A DNA stretch of 64,000 bases, taken from Malacoraja senta. Its lineage: Eukaryota. The notes beneath the pieces were generated by a model. It was not told the DNA's origin, did no database searches, and was given only the letters and a program-made list of their open reading frames with translations. The position numbers were made by a program, and so were the translations under genes. The stretch lies in the NCBI GenBank assembly GCA_038087875.1, contig JAXLNO010004157.1, forward strand, positions 62,001 to 126,000, written 5' to 3'. Shown piece by piece: positions 58,264 to 64,000 of the stretch; within the stretch, counting starts at the first letter, position 1; every line of letters begins with the position of its first letter.

Positions 58264-59215
58264 CCATTTTATTTACTGGCGCCTTTCTAAAACCAAAGGA
58301 CACCTTACAAGGCATATAATCACAAAAATACAAAACACATAATCGGAGTAAATTAAATATAAAAACACCACAGTACACAAATCAAGGACAGAATTCAAGT
58401 ACAAAAGCACAAAAAGAAAATAAGAAACACAATTTGAGGAGAGAGCAGCGGCAGCCAATTCGCGCCAGCGTCCACTCTCCCCTCCGACCGCCATCTTGCA
58501 CACAGACTAACAGGCACAGCACACAAAAATCATCCCCCCACAATGACCACCACTGTGGGGGAAGGCACAATGTCCAGTCCCCAACCCAGTTCTCCCCAGA
58601 GTCAGGCCCATCGAGGCCGCCACAGTTGCCTCTACGGAGGCCCGATGTTCCCGGCCGTCGGGAGAGTCCTCGCAACGGCTGGAACGGCCGGTTTCCCAGC
58701 GGAGTCCATGGCACCTGAAGCCGACAGGGCCGCGCCGATTTGGAGCCACGAGGCTCCCGATGTAAAAGTCGGCGCCGCCGCCCGCGGCTGGTCGCTCCGC
58801 AGACCCGCAGCCCGGAGGTGTTGATGTCGGCGGTCACCAGGCGGCTCCAGCGCGTCGACCCAGCGCGGCGACCCAGGCAAGGCATCGCCCGCTCCGCTCC
58901 ACGATAGCGCTCCAGCGCTGTGCCGCCGACCGAAGCTGAAGGTGCTGGGCGGTCCCCGCCAGGAAACGGCGCTCCATGCCCACTGGTAGGCCACGAGGAC
59001 GGGTCGACGAGGCAGCCTGGAGAAAAAGCTGCCTCACCGACCAGGTAGGGACCCAGAAATAGTTTCCCCCTTACCCTCCCCCACATTAAAAGTCAACATT
59101 CCCCAAACAAACAAAGAAATAAAAAAAGCTAAAACTAAAGAAAAAGTGAATTTGACGGACGGCTGCTGTTTAGCAGCCGTTCCTCCAAGATGGCGGCTCC
59201 TCCTCTGATGGAGGG
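58232..59215 (-). mobile_element. Non-coding, probably non-autonomous retroposon with L2-type (ATT)n tail
   Basis: Tail gtaaggtgtccttgg..gaaaggcgcc..aaataaaatg(att)n; GC-rich body; YY1 motifs; tgat flanks both ends. Confidence 0.55.
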
Positions 59216-60584
59216 TGGCATTGTACAATGTAGCCAGGATAATGAAGGACCTCGGTTTTGCAGATGCTCAGCATGGTCCATTCCTTCATTTACATTCAAA
59301 ACAAGTCGATGATGACATGGAACTCAGCCTTTAAACGTACACTTATGTAAATGTCAAGTGCATTCGGTAGCCTGAATACAGAGGTTGGCCCATCTTGGCT
59401 CTTGAGTAGATTGCCATTTGTCCGGTACTCAGTTCCACTCGAGTGGAAACTTGTTGGAATTGAGGTGCAACCTAGTGGTGAGAATATTGTGAAAAGCGTA
59501 GAAGTGATGACATACTCTTGAATTGCATCTAATTCTAACCTGTTAATTGGGATCACAGCCTGCAAGACATTAGGTGCCAAATACAAAATGAAAACAAGTT
59601 GCGAGGGTAGTAGGAGAACGCTTCACGCATTTTTTATACAGCTTGAAAACAGGCCCCTGTAGATGGCTCGATTATAATCATGTCTTGTCTTTCCGCTGAC
59701 TGGATAGCACACGACATGTGTCAGCCACCGAGTCCATGCCGAACGTCAAACACCTGTTCACATTAGTTCTATGTTATCCCAGTTTCACATCCACTCCCTA
59801 CACACATGGGGTCATTTATAGAGACAATTTAACCTGCAAACCCGCACATCTTTGGGATGTGGGAGGAAACCTGAGCACCCGGAGGGTATCCACTGGGTCA
59901 CAGGGAGAATGTGCAAATGCCTACCAGCTGTGTCACTGTGCCGTCTTATTGATGGAGTCAAAGGTATTAGTCAGTAACGCACAGTGTTTGACCTTGCCCT
60001 CTGCATTTTACAGTTAGTTGGCAGGTGAATGTTTAGGTCTCAAGCCACAATTAAAAAAGAGCGGGATCAATGCTCGTTCTCTAAACCAGCAATCAGAAAA
60101 GCAAATATATAGCTTAATCTCCTGTATTTAGGGTTGTCTATGCACATGGCAAAAGAAACTGCACTTCAGACAAAGAAGAGTAGGGATGGGAATGCAGAAG
60201 AAAGGAAATGAGACTTGAAGAAATACAGCACCGTGAGGATGATGTTAAAGTCCTCAAATTGTAATTGTCTGCATCAGTCCACGTTCTGCAGTAAACTACT
60301 TCACAGTTGAAGGATGGGAATTCTCATCTTCAGTATTTTCTCCATTGAGAAACCCTTCAACTTTCAAAGCTTTATTGAATATTCAACACAAAAGGAAAAT
60401 ATCTCTGCACGTTGGCACCTCACTGTTAGCAACCTGCAAACAAGGCCAGGCAAATATTGTAAAACTGGGGGGATTTTGTTTTGGTATTCATCATAAAAGA
60501 TTTAAAACGCCTCACAGTTATAAATAATGTAAGAGGCATGAGACATAGATTTTGTGAGATATCACCGAGAAACAGTTGCAAAGG

Positions 60585-61050
60585 ACAACACAGTGGCAGA
60601 GTTGCTAGAGATGTTTCCTCACAGTGCCAGAGACCCGGGTTCGATCCTGACCTTGGGCTCTGTCTGTGTGGAGTTTGCACGATCTACCTGTTTCCACCAG
60701 TTTCCTCAGTTGAGAATTTCCCCAAATTTTTTAGTTTAGTTTAGTTGAGAGATACAACGCAGAAACAGGCCCTTCGGCCCACTAAGTCCACACCAACCAG
60801 CGATCCCCGCACATTAACACTGCCCCACACACACTGTGGACAATTTACCCTTATACCAAGCCAATTTAGCTACAAACCTGTACGTCTTTGGAGTGTGGGG
60901 GGGAATCAAAGATCTCGGAGAAAACCCATGCGATCACGGGGAGAACATACAAACTCCGTACAGACAGCACCCTTAGTCGGGATCGAAACCGGGTGTCCTG
61001 CGCTTCAAGCACTGTAAGGAAGCAACTCTACCACTGCGCCACCGTGCCGC
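60585..61050. repeat. Two HE1-like SINEs in opposite orientation (plus 5' half ~60585-60720, minus full ~60731-61050)
   Basis: B-box GGTTCGATCC on plus; reverse-complement full copy with tttagtttag tail. Confidence 0.8.
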
Positions 61051-61224
61051 AGGAAGTGGATGAGAAAGTGGGTTAACTTAGAACTAGTGTTAATGGGCGA
61101 TCGTTGGGCAATCGGCACAGATTCGGGGGCCAAAGGACCTGATCCATGATGTATCTCTAAACTAAACAAAAACCACCAATGTTAAAACAAAATTACTTTT
61201 ACATCCTTCTGTAACAGTTTAAGA

Positions 61225-61510
61225 ATAAGGGTTAGGCCATTTAGAACTGAGATGAGGAAAAACCTTTTCACGCAGAGAGTTGTGAATTCGTGGAATTCTC
61301 TGCCTCAGAAGGCAGTGGAGGCCGATTCACTGGATGCATTCAAAAGAAAGTTAGATAGAGCTCTTAGGGCTAGCGGAATCAAGAGATATGGGGAGAAGGC
61401 AGGAACGGGGTACTGATTGTGGATGATCAGCCATGATCACATTGAATGGTAGTGCTGGCTCAAAGGGCCGGATGGCCTACTCCTGCACCTATTTTCTATG
61501 TTTCTATACC
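61225..61510 (+). mobile_element. CR1 3' end
   Basis: agaactgagatgaggaaaaacc...cctactcctgcacctattttctatg. Confidence 0.85.
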
Positions 61511-62599
61511 GGCTTGTGCATCGTGTGACTCCATTGGTTTTCTCCGAGTGCCCCAGTTTCCTCCCACACTCCAAAGATGTAGAGGTTTGTAGGTTAATTG
61601 GCTTCTGTAAATTGTAAATGGTCCCTAATGTGTAGGATAGTGCTAATGTATGGGGTGAGGGCTGCCCGGCACGGACTCGGTAGGCCGAAAGGCCTGTTCC
61701 CATGCTAAAGTCTAAACACGAGTATGAAGAGACTTAGTGCATTGCCAGCAGAATCAATTCACAATTGTTTAATTGTTATATGTACCAACAAGAGAATGAT
61801 GATTTTTTACTTGCAGCAGTTTAACGGCCTGTAAATGATTTTTAAAAAATCAATGACTTAATAACTATAATGCTAGTGCAAAAAAAAAAATCAGCTACCG
61901 AGGTAAGCTTTAATCCATTTGATGATTGCTCTGTTTCCTATGAAGCATCACAGTACATCATAAGCAGCTGAGCACATCATCTTAACAATGATTTCAGGAC
62001 CACAGGATAATCTATCCTTATCTGGAACTAAAGACAACAGTGGGCTTTCCGTCAAAAACAAGAAGTGCCTCTAAAGGTGATCAATTTTGATACATGTTAA
62101 TGTTAAACCGACAACTTGTGTAAAATATTACTATCTATATTGCCAAAGCCAGCAGTCTTTTGAAATTCATTTGTACCGCCTACTCATTACTATTCTCTCT
62201 CCTCCCTCAGTTAATGGCAGATTTTTTCTGTGTTAAACACCATACGGAAATAGCATTGAGAACAGCAAGGCCATGTATTGTGGAGAGGTTAGAAGGGTCA
62301 CGACTTGAAACGTCAGCTATCCATGTTCCAGCAATTGGTGTCCTGGAGGCACTTCAAATCCATTTTCAAAAATGCTCTGCTTACACCACTATTGGTCGAA
62401 CATTCAAGGGCATCAGACCAAGCCTGTGACAGGTGTTAAGACAGTCAAAAAGGGGGAATATTCGACTTTTTGATCTTGGATGCAGATGCAAATGTCAACA
62501 TGTGAAATGAAAGAGGTGTCATTGCACCATCTTTCTGCAGGCAAATTCCCAAATTTAAATTGAAAACACATCTTCATCGTGTTTGAAGCATGATTTTCA

Positions 62600-63240
62600 A
62601 ACCTGCAAATGTATCCCGGGACCCGCACTGTAGGCCGGGGACCGGGGACTTGCCTGGTAGGCCCAGCCCGCCCGCCCGCCGCAGACCAGGGATCTCCCTG
62701 GTCGGCCCAGCCTGCCCGCCACAGACCAGGGACCTGCCCGGTAGGCCCAGCCCATCCCCCGGGGACCGGGGTCTTGCCCACCAATGACGGAGGACCTGTG
62801 CCATGGATCAAGGACCCACAGGAACCCACCTGGACGGTCGGTAAGCAGACCGCAGGAGGAGGGAGTCACCGTCTCAATGGTGGAGTGGGCCGCTGGAGGC
62901 CCTGCAGCAGCCTGGGGCACGGCTGGGCAGGGCGCCGCTCGAAAAGGTCGAGCACGTGTACCGGACGCCGTCAACAGCAGTGGAGCAGAGGCAGAGGAAA
63001 TCAACAGCTACACTTGGCCAGGACAACAGACCTTCATGGTCAGATCAAGATCCCTGCACTTACAAAGGCTGGGACTTGAAAATGGTGCCAAACTGGCGAC
63101 TCTGTATACCGTCTCTGTGTTCTACTGCATAACATTTGTAATGTATCTGAGATGCTTATCTGATGTATAGTGATACGTACTGAACTGTATACAAAAATGA
63201 ATTTCACTGTACCTCAGTACATGTACCTCATTAAAGTACC
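62600..63240 (+). repeat. GC-rich non-coding retroposon with internal repeats and Rex1-like tail
   Basis: Repeated ggtaggcccagccc; ends gaatttcactgtacctcagtacatg. Confidence 0.45.
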
Positions 63241-63349
63241 GTACATTGTAATGAGGGCAGATTCAAATTAGGTCTATCAGCTCCATGGGACACCAGCAAA
63301 GCAGGACAGATTTCCATCATCTACTATCAATTGAAACTTACCAAATACT

Positions 63350-63700
63350 GAATGGCCTTAAGTGAGTGGATACGGAGAGGATGTTTCCATTAGTGGGAGA
63401 GTCTAGGACCAGATGGCATAGCTTCAGAATAAAATAATGTATCTCTAGAAAGGAGATGAAGAGGAATTTATTTAGTCAGAAGATGGAGAATCTGTGGAAT
63501 TCATTGCCACAGATTAGGTAATTTTAAGGTGGAGATTGACAGATTTTTCACTAGTAAGGATGTCAAGGGTTATTGGAGAAGGCAGGAGAATGGGGTTGAG
63601 AGGGAAAGATATATCAGCCATAATTGAATAGCGGAGTAGACTCGATGGGCCAAATGGCCTGATTCTGCTCCGATGACTTATGAACTGATGAACAAGTCTG
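63350..63700 (+). mobile_element. CR1 3' fragment
   Basis: gaggatgtttccattagtgggagagtctaggacc...; CR1 3'UTR. Confidence 0.8.
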
Positions 63701-64000
63701 CTCATCTTTGGAATGTGGGAGAAAATCCCCGTGGTCACAGCATGAACGAACAAACTCAGTATAGACAGCATCCATAGTTCGGATTGAACCCGAGTCTCTG
63801 GTGCTGTAAGGCAGCAACCCTACTGATGAACCACTGTCTATTCACTTTCTCAAGTTGAACTTCATTGGAACAGAAATCGGAGGGACAAGACAAAGCTCTA
63901 AGTCACCCTTGCAGGCAAACTTGTAAATATATCACCATTTCTGACGAGTCAAAATCCTGGGCGTAATGACACATCAACAGTTTGGGAGTACATCATCTTG

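Overview
Repeat-dense vertebrate genomic DNA, most likely an elasmobranch (skate or ray). This is inferred from the HE1-like tRNA-SINEs, abundant CR1 LINEs and Penelope-derived short repeats. No prokaryotic features are present. The one clear host gene is a minus-strand non-classical MHC class I-like gene with all-phase-1 exons: alpha1 22663-22403, alpha2 20659-20378, alpha3 19173-18898 and TM/cytoplasmic 9639-9410. A candidate leader at 27343-27295 carries an in-frame TAG. The gene has lost most peptide-anchoring residues, the N86 glycan site and the alpha2 C164, and its stop codon comes from a CR1 fragment. A full-length L1 with a 15-bp TSD sits about 65 bp from the TM acceptor. Read-through of the alpha3 donor gives a 13-aa tail whose stop overlaps AATAAA, a possible secreted isoform. 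Intron 1 contains Penelope-derived repeats with an intact minimal hammerhead-ribozyme core in sense orientation. The right half holds an L1-in-hAT-in-CR1 nest, tandem arrays at a CR1 5' end, minisatellites, a near-identical 2.12-kb tandem duplication of a frameshifted C2H2 zinc-finger exon, and a 207-N gap. Coordinates of degraded repeats are approximate because they were read by eye.
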